In this document: positions 13,135 to 26,889 of the stretch, piece after piece | Layout: every line of letters starts with the position of its first letter | Position numbering within the stretch: position 1 is the first letter of the stretch | Origin: Malacoraja senta | Lineage: Eukaryota | Assembly (NCBI GenBank): GCA_038087875.1 | Contig: CM075989.1 | Coordinates: forward strand, 15,378,001 to 15,442,000 | Direction of reading: 5' to 3' | Length of the DNA: 64,000 nucleotides | Notes under the pieces: model-generated | The model's database searches: none | Told to the model about the DNA's origin: nothing | Seen by the model: the letters and a program-made list of their open reading frames with translations, nothing else | Position numbers and translations under genes: made by a program

Positions 13135-13252
13135 CAGATAATACGGGAACACTTGGCTTGCTTTGATAATGTGCATTCTTTACATTGAACATCACGCCAC
13201 CTGAACTCTGAGATGCAGATGTTAGCGAACCTATATCTTTTACAATAAAACC
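13135..13252 (-). CDS. ZNF280D: ZNF280-like coding exon 4 (118 nt, phase 0-1)
   Basis: TTTGTTAG acceptor and G|GTAAGT donor; GFIVKDIGSLTSASQSSGGVMFNVKNAHYQSKPSVPVLS; phases match both neighbours. Confidence 0.85.
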
Positions 13253-14222
13253 CTAACAAAGAAAATAGTTTAAATAAAATCAAAGATTTGTATTTTTTGA
13301 AAAGGGGGCAAAAAAATAGTCGCCAATTATCACAGTAAAAGCTACGGTTGCAATCCTGTATGTTTATAAAGATTTTGTTATACGAAGGAATATTGCCAAG
13401 AAAAGTTTCCTTTCCTCAAGTTAATTAATTTTGAACTATACTTGTAATAATTGATTCAGGTGGGCTATACAAAAGAAGAATACATTTCACTGAATTAAGA
13501 CTTTTCAAACTAGTTATTTGAATTATAGAAAAATGTATGTACAGCTCCATTATCAACCCCTCCCCCCCTCCCCATGGTAATTATATATAATGAATCTTTA
13601 TTTATCATTCACAATCTATTAAACAACAAATTACTGAACTTAATCATACTCTTGTGTAGATAAACATGTGACAAGATATAGAATAGAGATTCCCAAGTTT
13701 GGTTTCTGTTTCTCTTCAACTCAAAGAACTTAGGTTGGGATTGGGAGTTACAATTGATCTCAATGCTCAAAGTTTAGGGTGGAAAGAGGAGTGACGGGAG
13801 AAACAACAGCAAGAGCTCATCGTATGACTGCTATCCAAAACAACCTCATAACAAAATCACTTAATTCTAATTTCTTCCAAATCTAAATTTAATCAACATC
13901 TGTTTATAGATGATGGGATCAACTAAGGTGAATCCAATGGCTAAAAAGTTAATTTATTTTGAATGGGGCCCCAAACTCCACAAAACTAATATTTTCTTTT
14001 GAAAATATTATTAAAATGTTCAAATTACCAAGTTAAATATTAGCTGCACAGAGTTGTTTGGAACAGATTGGTGGCTGAACGACTTGTTTCTCTATTGTAA
14101 CTTCTACATTTAACTGGAGTCTATGTTTAATGTTAAGAGACTTAAAAAATACAAAATACATTGAGACAATTATTTGGACATCTTAAAGCATCCATCAAAG
14201 TGAACACATTTCAAGATAATAG

Positions 14223-14302
14223 ACAGTGAACCTAATGCTGTTCCAGCATTTAGGTAGATGGAGTTATATACCTAAATGCTGGAATAGCATTAGGTTCACT
14301 GT
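14223..14302. repeat. 80-bp near-perfect inverted repeat (34-bp arms, 12-nt loop)
   Basis: ACAGTGAACCTAATGCTGTTCCAGCATTTAGGTA / TACCTAAATGCTGGAATAGCATTAGGTTCACTGT, one mismatch. Confidence 0.95.
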
Positions 14303-14356
14303 TCAACAAATGTGAAACATATTTAAGTAAACAAGTTAGAATATAAATTTTATTAC

Positions 14357-14502
14357 CTGCAATAATACCACTGGCTGTAGTGTCAATGAAACAGGCATAC
14401 TTTGAGATCCTGGCTGATAGGCAGCCATTGTGCTTGAAATTGATGGAGAAGAAGTGATAGATTGTTGGTTGACCGACTGAATTGTAGAAGATGTGTCTGG
14501 TG
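14357..14502 (-). CDS. ZNF280D: ZNF280-like coding exon 3 (146 nt, phase 1-0)
   Basis: TTTTTTCAG acceptor and CAG|GTAATA donor; open S/T/P/Q-rich frame (A)PDTSSTIQSVNQQSITSSPSISSTMAAYQPGSQSMPVSLTLQPVVLLQ. Confidence 0.82.
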
Positions 14503-14720
14503 CTGAAAAAATAGAATTTTTAAAAATTAATCAAGTTGCAAAGAATTTGTTTGGAAAGGAGAACACTTAAAAATGTTAAGGCATTACTTAAATTACGCTT
14601 CAAATTACAATTCAAATTATGTTTTGATTTCAACAAACATTAAACAGGTAAAATTCCAAGTAATATCCCAGAAATAATCTGTGAAGGTGCAAAAATAAAA
14701 AAAATCTTAGTATCACTTAC

Positions 14721-14813
14721 CACTGCTAAAAGACACCATCATGCTTTTACTGAGTCCACCATTTTGCATTCCGCCTCGCTGTGCCAAATGAAATGTTGTG
14801 CCTCCTGTTTTAC
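14721..14813 (-). CDS. ZNF280D: ZNF280-like coding exon 2 (93 nt, phase 1-1)
   Basis: AAG acceptor and GTAAGT donor; reads (S)KTGGTTFHLAQRGGMQNGGLSKSMMVSFSS in phase with exon 1; resembles recalled ZNF280D RGLKNGALSRGITAAF. Confidence 0.85.
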
Positions 14814-16507
14814 CTTGTAAGTAAATAGATAAAGCTAACATTAGTCATATTCTGCACAGAAACTTGAAAGATATTCTGTAATCATATCGAGTGGCTCTCC
14901 TTCAATCACTGTCCATCTCTCATTATTCTGTTTGTAAATTACAGGTAAACAGGCTCTAGAACATGTAAAATTCAAGGGTTGTTTCAAATAACGACGTCAT
15001 TGATATTTGAAATAATTTGCTTACCATGAATCCCCATAGAGAATAGTACAAAGATCTAATCCCATTGGGTATCATATTGATATTCTCATATTTGATAAGA
15101 TGAAATAGGGAATTCTTTTCTCTCTTCCCTGCTTGTTGAACTTGCAAATACAATGGTATTATTTTGAACTCCATTTTTAATCGCCCATATAAAAAGATAC
15201 ATTTTGCAAAGACTGACCCTGCTAAAGGTTGTTTGAGGAGTCAAACTGTGCAAGCTCGATGGACCCATGTGAAGAAACCTGCAAGATTTGCTTTGGTCAT
15301 AATCCTCCTCCTCAATCGCAGTTCTCCAAGAGACATTCACCAGAGATTTGATAACTAACAGGAGAAAGGGGCAACAAGCATGAACATTTTCATGGAAGAA
15401 AGTAGAGTACGAAGGAAACTGACCAGCGAGATGTTTTGAACCGTGTGTGCTCAAATGTTTCAGGCATTTTATCATTAATCTTCTACTGAGTACTGAAACC
15501 AATTTTTAGGTGTGTATTTCATGAATCTAAGAGATATTCAGCAATAAAGTTGGGTTTAGATGTGCTGAATGCATGTAGTTTAATTTAAATAATATAATAT
15601 GAAAAGGAATTCTGGAGTGATTTATTTTTCCCCTGCCCATCTATTCACCAAACGTAGTATGCTGTAACATGGAAATTCAGTCAATCCTAGAAAGAAAAAT
15701 CCAAATATTTTAGAGGTACTTTGTTTTCGATGTAAATTACATGCTGAAAGGTATATTGTAAAATTCTAGACATTTCCAAAATATGTTCCGAACAGTACAA
15801 GATACATAATGGAAATAAACTTAAAATGTTTCTCTTGCATACTGCTTTCTAAATATGTTGGCCTAGTTCTAGTCATCACTGAACAGCATTACTTCTATTT
15901 CCTTCGTTCATTTCCACTGAAAAATGTAAATCAATCATTGGATAAGGAAAATGTCACATCTGCATCATTGTATGAGTTCATAAAACTTAGATGACATTCT
16001 TGCAATACAAAGTGCAGAATGAACATAAACCGGAATGAAGACATTTGACTACAGACAGAAGAAATACTTCATTATTTTGAAAAATAAATTTACACTTCAC
16101 TATGCACTATATAGAGAGTGAGTTTAAACGACCCTAACGCTGACAAGTGGTTATTATCAAAGTTTATTTGTGAAATGGAGCGATCCATCAATTAGAAACT
16201 GCTCAATTCCGAATGAAGTACAGATCTCAATGCCATCTCAAAATTAACACGAAGAGTCATTCTACTTCACCATACAAAGATTTTCAAAGCATTGTCACTA
16301 TACTACAGCTAGCTCACCAGGGAAATTGTACTTTGAGCCTGTGGAAAGAACGGTACACGGGTGTCAGTGGTGCATTCATAACATGGAACTGTTATTCTGT
16401 CAATGCATCAAATCTTTCCTTTACAGTTCACTGAATGAATCTGTCCTCTAGAAATGTATCTTGGGCAAGGATTTATTTGAGAACATTGTTAACAAGAGCA
16501 GAAAACT

Positions 16508-16526
16508 ATACACACACATATATGTA

Positions 16527-16564
<38 letters not shown>

Positions 16565-16600
16565 CACACATACATCACACACATATATACACATTATATA
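16508..16600. repeat. Compound (CA)/(TG)/(TA) microsatellite
   Basis: Seen directly. Confidence 0.95.
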
Positions 16601-16788
16601 CAGCACCCTCCATAATGTTCCGTCATTTCTACATGGTGAAACCAAAATGTATAAAAATAGCCTTTATTAAAATCTGACAATGTGCACTTTAACCACGTGA
16701 TATTTCTCTATTACAAATCACAAATTGTGGAATACAGAGGCAAATAAATAAATGATGGGTCTTTGTCCCAAACATTATGGAGGGCACA
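16601..16788. mobile_element. Short internally deleted derivative (MITE) of the same Tc1 family
   Basis: TA|CAGCACCCTCCATAATG...CATTATGGAGGGCAC; body matches 2772-2939; abuts a (CA)/(TG)/(TA) microsatellite. Confidence 0.85.
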
Positions 16789-17891
16789 TATGTATACATA
16801 AATTGAAAATTACATTGTCAGATCAACTTCAACCTCGAATTGCAAGAAAATATCTATGGGTAGATGAGTAATTGGCAAGAAATGTGTTCCCAGAGTCTAT
16901 TTTCATAATAATTTATGATTATTGATCTTTCTTCATAGACAAGATGAAAAATCAGAACAATTAAAAGATGAACAGACATTGATAGAAGTTCTAATTTAAA
17001 AGATAACGCTGTTATTCAATACAAAATGCATATTATTTGGGAACAAATCTAATGCCTGCAGAAAGGAAAAAGATTTCAATGTTGGACTGCTGAACGAAAA
17101 ATAAAAAATGTTGAGAGCATTCAGGTCACAAGAATCTGTGGAGAGAGAAAGTTAGGGTCAACATTTGAGGTGCACAACCTTTTGTCAGAATTAATTAATG
17201 ACTTAAGAATAAAGGTTATAGAAGTATGAGAAAAAAAAGGAATGGACTATGATTACATCGAGGATAATCAAGTAGTTTCTGTAGAGGACCAAATTTATCA
17301 GGGAGGCATGGAATTTCTGGCAAAAGTGGGGACCCTCCAATATAGACTAAAGGGTACAGGAAATGGTAGGTGACTCCATGAATGCAGCTCTTCCCACAAG
17401 AGAAGGAATTCTCATTCAAGAAACAAATATCCTCACTTATTTGTGCTGTACCGAAAAATTGATATAAAGTACATTTAACCATAAAGATACAAGTCAATCC
17501 CAACACACTACAGTACTCTCCTTCAAATATAAAATTCCCACTGCTGTTTGCAAATTCCTCCTTGGTCTTGTTTGGCTTTACATAACATTTGACAAGATTT
17601 ACATAACGTGCTGGGAACTGTGTTCCTTCAATTCTAATCTTGTAGACATCGGCAGCAGTTCAGACCCCAAGCTCTAGAATCGCCTCCATTTTTACATCCA
17701 ACTCGTCTCCCTCTCTCTTAAAACCAACCATTCTGTCCAGTGTTTAAAAAGTTCTCCACATTACTTCTATACGTAATAGCATTACATTTTGTCTTGAAAG
17801 TCCACAAAATATTTTGGAATATTTTAAGTAGAGTTTTTTTTTTAATAACACCAATTTATTGTCATAGTTTAATGTCAGACATTCAATATGA

Positions 17892-19105
<1,214 letters not shown>

Positions 19106-20610
19106 TGAAAGGCCGAATGGCCTACTCCTGCACCTATTTTCTATGTTTCTATATTATTCTGGTCGGAACTGTTGACTATATCAAAAAGCATGAGTTTTGG
19201 CTATATTGATTTATTATGTAATTAGGTTACTCCATGGCAGAATTCTCAGATTAAATTCCAGTTGCAAGGAAACACAAGTATGGAGTAAACGAATGACACA
19301 GAAACATAAGAAAGGTAGATTATTCAGCTTTTCTCATCTTGTCACTTAAAGCATTCGTGACTGATCTTGTATCTCCAGAACATATTACTGTGCTCTCCCC
19401 ATTATCTCCTCTGGAAATCTACTTACGACCTCAGAAATATTTTGCTACTCGACTTCCACAGCCTTCTGAGGTAGATAATTCCATAGATTTTCAAGCCTCT
19501 GAGTAAAGACATTTCTCATCTCAGTCCCAAATATGTTACTTTGTATTCTGATTGTGACAATTTGTTCGAGAACATCAGGAAAGATTTCGCCCTACATCCA
19601 ATCTGACAAATTCGGACAGAATTTTGTACATTCCAGAAATCTCCCTGGACTTTTCTAAACTTTAGTTGTCTTCAGGTCTCAACCTGAAACATCACCCATT
19701 CCTTCTATTCAGAGATGCTGCCTCTCCCGCTGAGTAACTCCAGCATTTGTGTCTATCTTCAGTGCAAACCAGCATCTCCTTCCTATACAACTATTTAAGA
19801 ATGTTACCTGCAATTCCTCCAAGTCTCCCAAAGCTGTTTAATTCTTTCTCACAATTGCCGCCTTTCTCTCTTTAACTCTCCTGCCATGTTTATGTTATAC
19901 TTCATTATTTTCTCCCCCACGTGTTCTCCCTATACATCTGCAACTTTATTTTCTTTTCACTCCTTTTCTTCTCAGGCACAAAACCAGTCTTCATGGGCTA
20001 AATCAATGAAAACTGCTAAAACTATCTCCCTAATTTTTCTAATCGAAAGACTGCTGTAGGCCTTATTGCAGCTAAACATAAACATTGAAATAAGTAAATA
20101 AGTTAGGAATTAATGCAAGTTATAGTTTCCCTTCTGACTTAACAAGCTCAAATACTTTGTGAATGCAGTTCTAGTTCTATTCCACATCCTGTGCTAAAAA
20201 TCAACACATTTGTACAGAACTTTGTATGATGAACTGCAGCAGTCTAACACAGCATCCCATCTTTAACTTTAAGGACAATTATACAGTAAATGATGGCCTT
20301 AAAATTATATTTTCACAAACTCCAAGGATAAACACTGCATGCTTGTTAACATTATTAAAATTTATGGCACAGAAATTCTAGTGTAGAATCCCAGATATGA
20401 ACGGGTAGGGGAACGGAGGGTGCGATGTTCACCAAAAATTGGAGCTGGGCGAGTGTCTCACGTGTTCACTGAATGGGTAACTGGTCAATGTTGAGGGGCT
20501 GTGGTAGTACAGTGGTCTCAGAAAAACATGAGGGACTTTGGAAGGTAAAGGTACAGATATCATTGAGGCAGAGAATTACTTCAGTAAGGAAAAGTCTCAG
20601 GTATTTAAGT

Positions 20611-21693
20611 AGACACTCAGCGGGTGCAGCAGCATCTATGGAGCGAAGGAAATAGGCAACGTTTCGGGCCGAAACCCTTCTTCAGACTGATGCAGGGTGG
20701 GGGGGGGGGGCGGGAAAAAGAAAGGAAGAGGGGAGGCAGAGGGCTGAGGGAGAGCTGAGAAGGGGAGGAGACAGCAAGGGCGACCGGAAATTGGAGAAGT
20801 CAATGTTCAGACCACTGGGATGCAGACTGCCCAAGCGGAATATGAAGTCAGCAGTTTCCAGTGGTGCTCACTCTGGCAATGGAGGAGGCCCAGGACAGAA
20901 AGTTCAGATTCGGAATGGGAGGGGGAGTTGAAGTGCTGAGCCACAGGGAGATCAGGTTGGTTATTGCGGACCGAGCGGAAGTGTTCGGCGAAACGATCGA
21001 CAAGCCTACGCTTGGTCTCACCGATGTAGATCAGCTGATATCTAGAGCAGCGGATGCAATAGATGAGGTTGGAGGAGGTGCAGGTAAACCTCTGCCGCAC
21101 CTGGAACCACTGCTTGGGTCTTTGAATGGAGTCGAGGGGGGAGGTAAAGCGACACGTGTAGCATCTCTTGCGGTTGCAAGGGAAAGTGCCCGGGGAGGGG
21201 GTGGTGCGGGTGGGAAGGGAAGAATTGACCAGGGAGTTACGGAGGGAGCGGTCTTTGCGGAAAGCAGACAGGGGGGGAGATGGGAAGATGTGGCGAGTGG
21301 TGGGGTCACGTTGGAGGTGGCGAAAATGACGGAGGACTATTTGTTGTATGTGACGGCTAGTGGGTTGGAAGGTGAGGACTAGGGGGACTCTGCCCTTGTT
21401 CTGAGTGGGGTGTTGGGGAGAGAGAGCAGTGTTGCAGGGTATTGAAGAGACCCTGGTGAGAGCCTCATCTATGGTAAGGGAGGGAAACCCCCGTTCCCTG
21501 AAGAATGAGGACATTTCCGATGCCCTGGTGTGGAACATCTCATCCTGGGAGCAGATGCGGCGTGGACGGAGGAATTGGGAGTAGGGGATGGAGTCCTTAC
21601 AGGAAGCAGGGTGGGAAGAAGTGTAGTCTAGACAGCCATGGGAGTCAGTGGGTTGATAGTGGATGTCGGTCAAAAGTCTATCACCTGCGATGG
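20611..21693 (-). mobile_element. 5'-truncated Penelope-like element (RT thumb, GIY-YIG endonuclease, pLTR) with 12-bp TSD
   Basis: ORF 20807..21673 has the CxxxRCxxC linker and NLIYCIRCSRYQLIYIGETKRRLVDRFAEH; TSD AGGTATTTAAGT at 20599-20610 and 21694-21705. Confidence 0.93.
20658..20685 (-). ncRNA. Minimal hammerhead ribozyme core in a Penelope pLTR (representative copy)
   Basis: CUGAAGA-A-GGGU(UUCG)GCCC-GAAA-CGUU: conserved core boxes, 4-bp stem II, palindromic loop-less stem III; stem I is only ~2 bp. Confidence 0.6.
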
Positions 21694-21745
21694 AGGTATT
21701 TAAGTGATCTCGGCCTTCTGCAGGTTTCTGTTGCCGATTTGTTAA

Positions 21746-22423
21746 AGGGCCTGTCCCACTTAGATGATTTTTTTGCCGACTACAGGCGACTAGGCTGTCG
21801 CCACATGATCACGGGGTGACGCCTGTGTGGTCGTGAGTTGTCTGCTCAAGTTGCTTAAAGAGTCGTAACTTTTTTCTTGTTGCCGCTGGATTTTGAAATG
21901 TTCAAAAAATTTCGGCAACTGTGGGCTTGATGTAGCTTGTCTTCTCCTGTTGTAGGTTGTCGCCAGGTGACGTAGGTTGTCACCGGGTGCTGTCTTCGGT
22001 GAATTCCATTGGCGACTATCTACGTCAACTTGCGCTAACCGGCGACAGGTACCACCGACAGAATTGTTTAAGAGGGAACTGCAGATGCTGGAAAAATCGA
22101 AGGTAGATAAAAATGCTGGAGATCAGCGGGTGAGGCGACTGAATTGTCTTCAGTTGTCGCCGACAGGGTCGTAGCTTGTCGCAGGTGGACGTAGGTTGAC
22201 TTCAGTTGTCGTAGGTTGTTGCCTGTGTGGTCGTAGGTGTGGTGATAAGTGGACGTCGCAATGGGTCGCCGGTGGTCGGTAGCTTGACGTCGACTAGGTG
22301 GTTGGTTGTCATAGACATTGTTGTGGGGGAGGGGGGGGGGTCCAGTTGCCGGTTTCTCGGCGGCCTGCTACGACTGTGACTGTCGTTGGCAGTCACCGAA
22401 AAAAATCGCCTTAGTGGGACAGG
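21746..22423. mobile_element. MITE with AGGGCCTGTCCCACT-type TIR (Harbinger- or Kolobok-like), containing a small Penelope pLTR insert (~22069-22135)
   Basis: AGGGCCTGTCCCACT...AGTGGGACAGG; internal GTCGTAGGT-like repeats; the insert is flanked by CGAC(A/T)GAATTGT. Confidence 0.72.
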
Positions 22424-23354
22424 ATGTGCACATTGCTTTACAAATTTTTTAGCAGGGATTCTTGCAAAAAGATTCCCTTGAATCCTCATACAATTACTTT
22501 GTTAGCAAAAGGAAAATCACAGGATCATTGAAAAATATATGATTCAATATTTATAGATTAAAAACATGCTACAAGTTAACTGATACACAGCTTTTATGTA
22601 TTTAGTCCATCCTCGTGAATTGCATACATCAAGTATGATTTTCAAGAAAATGATTAGTAATTTTTTTAAGTTTTTGTTCAGTAAATTTAAATCTGATACA
22701 GAAACCAATCAGTAATTTACAAGATAGCATTTATTTCATCCAATTGCCTTTATTTGTTCACTGAAGATGCACATTGCCATAGATGCACACTGAACCTAAT
22801 ACAAAAACAGATTTAGATGCATCCAATTCTTGTGAATGATTTAATAAGATATAATTTTCTGTAGTGTTCTTTACAATAATTTTAAAAAAAAATCATGTCT
22901 GAGGTTAGAAGAAATACTGCTCAAATCTTTTATTATAACGATTTCTTCAATGCAATAGCATCAGCTGAACTGTTTAATTTTGAAATAACTAGTTTATCTA
23001 TTGAAAGCTAATCATTTGACGTGCAGTTTTTCTATTGTATTAAAATGATCCAATGCCAACAATATTGCTTCTTTTTTTTAATCAAAAAAGAAAGAAATGT
23101 ATTCAATGATTCAATCAAGTGATTCCATACTCTCTAGCATTATTATGCAAAATGCTGCTTGTAGGATTCAGTACAAGAACTTCATGGATTTCACCCTTAT
23201 AAAACTAAGCGACATTGATTTCCCTATCAACAACAATATGTTATAAACAATTTCACAGAATATACATTTGTGGCAGATAGTTTGTCATCAATTAAATGGA
23301 TTGTTCATACTTGGAATCTCAATTAACCCTAAAGAAACAAAATATGTGTCATAC

Positions 23355-23493
23355 TTATGTAACTGGTGTTTTTGGAGCTTGTAACCTCTCCCACAAAAAT
23401 AGGCTCATCATCATCATCATCTTCATCGTCTTTATTCCCTTTTTGCCAAGGCGCCAATTCTTCTTCTTCACATTCCATAAATAGTTCTGCCAT
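23355..23493 (-). CDS. ZNF280D: ZNF280-family zinc finger protein, first coding exon (exon 23355-23505, ATG at 23493)
   Basis: Encodes MAELFMECEEEELAPWQKGNKDDEDDDDDEPIFVGEVTSSKNTSYI, matching the recalled ZNF280C/D N-terminus (MAELFMECEEEELEPWQK...DDDDEPIFVGEISSSK). Pyrimidine tract plus CAG acceptor at 23506; GTATGA donor at 23354 (phase 1). Which paralogue (D or C) is not certain. Confidence 0.9.
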
Positions 23494-23623
23494 TCTTGCT
23501 CTGTCCTGATTTTGGAGGGGGAAGGAAAAAGTTTGCTTCACTTATAAATGATTATTTAAAAATCAACATTACATACCTCACAATGAGAAAGATTTTCTTC
23601 AATTCCCCAAATTAGTAATGTCG

Positions 23624-24030
23624 AAACATAGAAAGTAGGTGCAGGAGTAGGCTATTCGGCCCTTCAGGCCAGCATCGCCATTCAATATGATCATGGCTGA
23701 TCATCCAGAATCAGTACCCTGTTCCTGCTTTTTCCCCATATCCCCTGATTCAGTTTGCCCCAAGAGCTATATCCAACTCTCTCTTGAATGCATCCAGTGA
23801 ATTGGCCTCCACTGCCTTCTGTGGCAGAGAATTCCACAGATTCACAACTCTCTGGGTAAAATTCAGTCAACTCAGTCCTAAATGGCCTACCCCTTATTCT
23901 TAAACTGGGACTCCTGGTTCTGGACTCCCCAACAACGGGAACATTTTTCCTGCATCTAGCCTGTCCAATCCCTTAAGAATGTTATATGTTTCTATAAGAT
24001 GCCCTCTCATCCTTCTAAATTCCAGTCGAT
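23624..24030 (-). mobile_element. CR1 LINE 3' fragment
   Basis: Reverse complement of the CR1 3' end seen at 26960-27350. Confidence 0.88.
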
Positions 24031-25344
24031 CTATTAACATAATATAACATCAACCAATTCTGAACAGAATTTGGAAATATTACTGCTATACCTCTTTAAA
24101 TTATATTTTATCATCCTTATGCACATTAACTGTCAGTTCCATAGTACGTATCAAGTGAGGAAACAATTATTGAAATACAAGAAAGTTACTTCACAACTAT
24201 ACAAAGACTCCAAATGTTAAAGAGAGTTACGGACCAAACAGGGTCATATCATGTTTTATGATCATCCCCGAAGTGGCTGCTTGTCATATCATGAAATTGT
24301 TTAAACTCAGAGACATGAGAAGCTGCAGATGCTGCAATCTTGAGTAAAACACAAGGTGTTGGAGGAACTCAGCAAGCCAGAATGGGAAGGAGACCCGAAC
24401 CAAAACATTATTTGCATTCACAGATTCTGCCTAACCCACTAACATCCTCTAGCACTTTGTGTTTTGTCTTTAAAGTTTGGTTTAAAAATCCAAATCATTG
24501 AGCCTCTATAAATAACTAGTTGAATAAAATGTCATTTGTCTAAATAACAGGAAGCAACTTATTTTAAAACAGTTATATCAAAGAAGAAAAAATTAATGAA
24601 AATTATGGGGGGGAAGAAGAATTTTATAATCTGAGAAATGGATGAAAATAGTCTGAAAATTTATACAAGGCAGCAAGTTAAAGCAACTCGCCCAAAAATG
24701 AAAAATAGGTTTAATATCATTTAAGCTGGCACAGGTATTCCTAAGTGGGCACACAGCCCACGTTCCTTTGAACTTATCTTCTCTGGATCCATAGGGAGGG
24801 TTTAGGCGAAAGTCAACACCACAGCAGCATTGCTGCAAAATTATATAAAGGGCTGATATGTGTTCACAATAACAAGCTCAAATTATTATATCCTTCTCGA
24901 AACACATGGCGAAAACCACCCTCAGCGCTTTCCAAAGTTTCTGTATTTCTCACGCATTCTGAAATATTTTGAAACTATTAACATTCAAATAAACAATACT
25001 TTTTAAAAATCAAAATGTTAACTGATTAAAAAAAAAAATTCATAGGTCTTCTGTATAGACGTACGACCCTATTCCTGTAGTTAGTTAGTTAAGCTTATTG
25101 TCACATGTACTGAGGTACGGTGAAAAGCTTTTGATTTAAAAAAAAAAATTCTGTATGTCTTCTGTATAGACATACAATCCTATTCCTGTGATCCATAATC
25201 CTGGAAAATGTAGGTCACTTCCCATGCCTCGAGGACAACCTCGCAGTGAAAAGCAGGCATCAGTGTTGAAACTCATTATTGTTTTTCTATGTGCTGCATA
25301 TTTTTTGATCAATTGAGAAAAAGGGAATCTCAAGATCTTGAAGC

Positions 25345-25915
25345 CTAACAAAAATGCATGGTCCTTGGCAGCAGTGATCTTTGTCCTCTCACTTTTACAC
25401 CAAGACTCTCTGCAGCAAGCAGGTCATAGCACTGGAAAAATACCACCATCATTGCATTAGCAAAATACTTAGTAATTCGCTGAAAGAATTAGCGAACTAT
25501 CCCCAGTGTCAAGCTTCTAGTTACACCCAGACAGCTAAAATAGGCAGACTAAGCCCAACACCAGACTTCCAGAACTTTCTGAGCTCTGACATGGATAAAG
25601 AGATTCAAGAATTTGAATTTGCTGAAAGCCACCTTGAAGAAATGCAACATCCTCACCAACTCCAGGAAATCCGTGGCATGTAATGACCTAAAGTGAAGAA
25701 TAAGCATTCAGATTCTGAGAACCTTGAGTACTGGGACCACTTTCATAAATAGCCTCAAACAGGCAATCTCACAAACTAACCCTCTGCCCATCACATCAGG
25801 TATCTTCTATCCCATCATTGGAAGAGCCTGCACTACCCAATATTGGCCTTGTTAGTCACTTCAAAAGCCACAAAACTGGAGTAGAAGCAAATGACCATTA
25901 ATCCTGAGAGACTGT
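25345..25915 (+). mobile_element. Highly decayed RTE-type LINE 3' fragment
   Basis: ALEKYHHHCISKIL resembles RTE LE.FHQRCLRKIL; a C-terminal CP..GR.C....GL.SHL remnant lies near 25805-25865. Confidence 0.55.
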
Positions 25916-25949
25916 TCAAGAAGGAGGAATTCAATCCATCATCTTGTAA

Positions 25950-26176
25950 ATATAAAAAGCTGGAGTAACTCAGCGAAACAGGCAGCATCTTTGGAGAGAA
26001 GGAATGGGTGGCGTTTCGGGTCGAGACCCTTCTTCAGAGACCATTCTGAAGAAGTGTCTCGATCTGAAATGCCAGCCATTTCTTCTCTCCATAGATGCTG
26101 TCTGTCCCACTGAGTTACTCGAGCTTTTTGTGTCTGTCTTCAGTTTAAACCAGCATCTGCAGTTCCTTCCTCCACA
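25950..26176. mobile_element. Inverted Penelope pLTR pair
   Basis: Head-to-head copies of CTGAAGAAGGGTCTCGACCCGAAACG...GAGTTACTCCAGC; imperfect flanking repeat CTTGTA(A/G)ATA(T/C)AA. Confidence 0.8.
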
Positions 26177-26389
26177 GCTTGTAGATACAATCAAGTGCTG
26201 GAAAATCTCAATAAGTTCCTGATCCACAAGACAAAAATTCCAACAAAGAAATAACTAGGAAATCACTGGCAAAGGCAGCCAAAAAAATTGGTGTTTCTTC
26301 TATTGTATCATAGTTGTGTGATTTACCAGCACTAAAGGTGAGAATAGTCAAGAGAACCCCGCAAAGTCTAGGCCTCCATGATTTCCAAA

Positions 26390-26871
26390 TACTTAAGAGG
26401 TTATATTTTAATTAAAAGTGTTCCACCCTACAATGACATCACAATGGGATCTCATTTACATAAAATGCTCATCAACAGTGTTCCACCCAGTGCAATGAGA
26501 GATTTGTTACATTGTTGTAAGGAGAGGGAGGGAGTGGGGGACGGGTGGAGGATAAATGTTATTTAAACATTGTGTTTAGTGGGGAGTACGATAGGGGAGA
26601 GGTGAGGAGTGGAGGAGCAGGTAGAGGGGAGAGGAGAGCGATGAGAGGAGAGAGAAAGAGGTGAAGGGAAGGGGAGGGAATGTTGGGGGATGAGGGCAAA
26701 TGAGCCGCGCATGCGCAGTTGGCTGTGGGTGAGTGGTGGAATATTGCATTGGGGGGAACGGGTTGCATTGGGGGAATGAGTGAGTGGTGGAAACGGGTTG
26801 CGTTGGGTGAACGGGTGAGTGGGGAATATTGTGTTTGGTGAACGGAGCCAAACGGGTCCCACTTGGTCTAG
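26390..26871 (+). mobile_element. Non-autonomous Helitron-like element, same family
   Basis: Shares TGACATCACAATGGGA, GGGTGAGTGGTGGAATATTGC repeats and the 3' end ACGGGTCCCACTTGGTCTAG|T. Confidence 0.72.
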
Positions 26872-26889
26872 TGTCAATTAAAAGGCAAG

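Noticed and set aside
23355..23493. POGZ as the gene identity
   Set aside because: POGZ begins MADTDLFMECEEEELEPWQ without the DDDEPIFVGE motif; this and later exons fit ZNF280C/D better.
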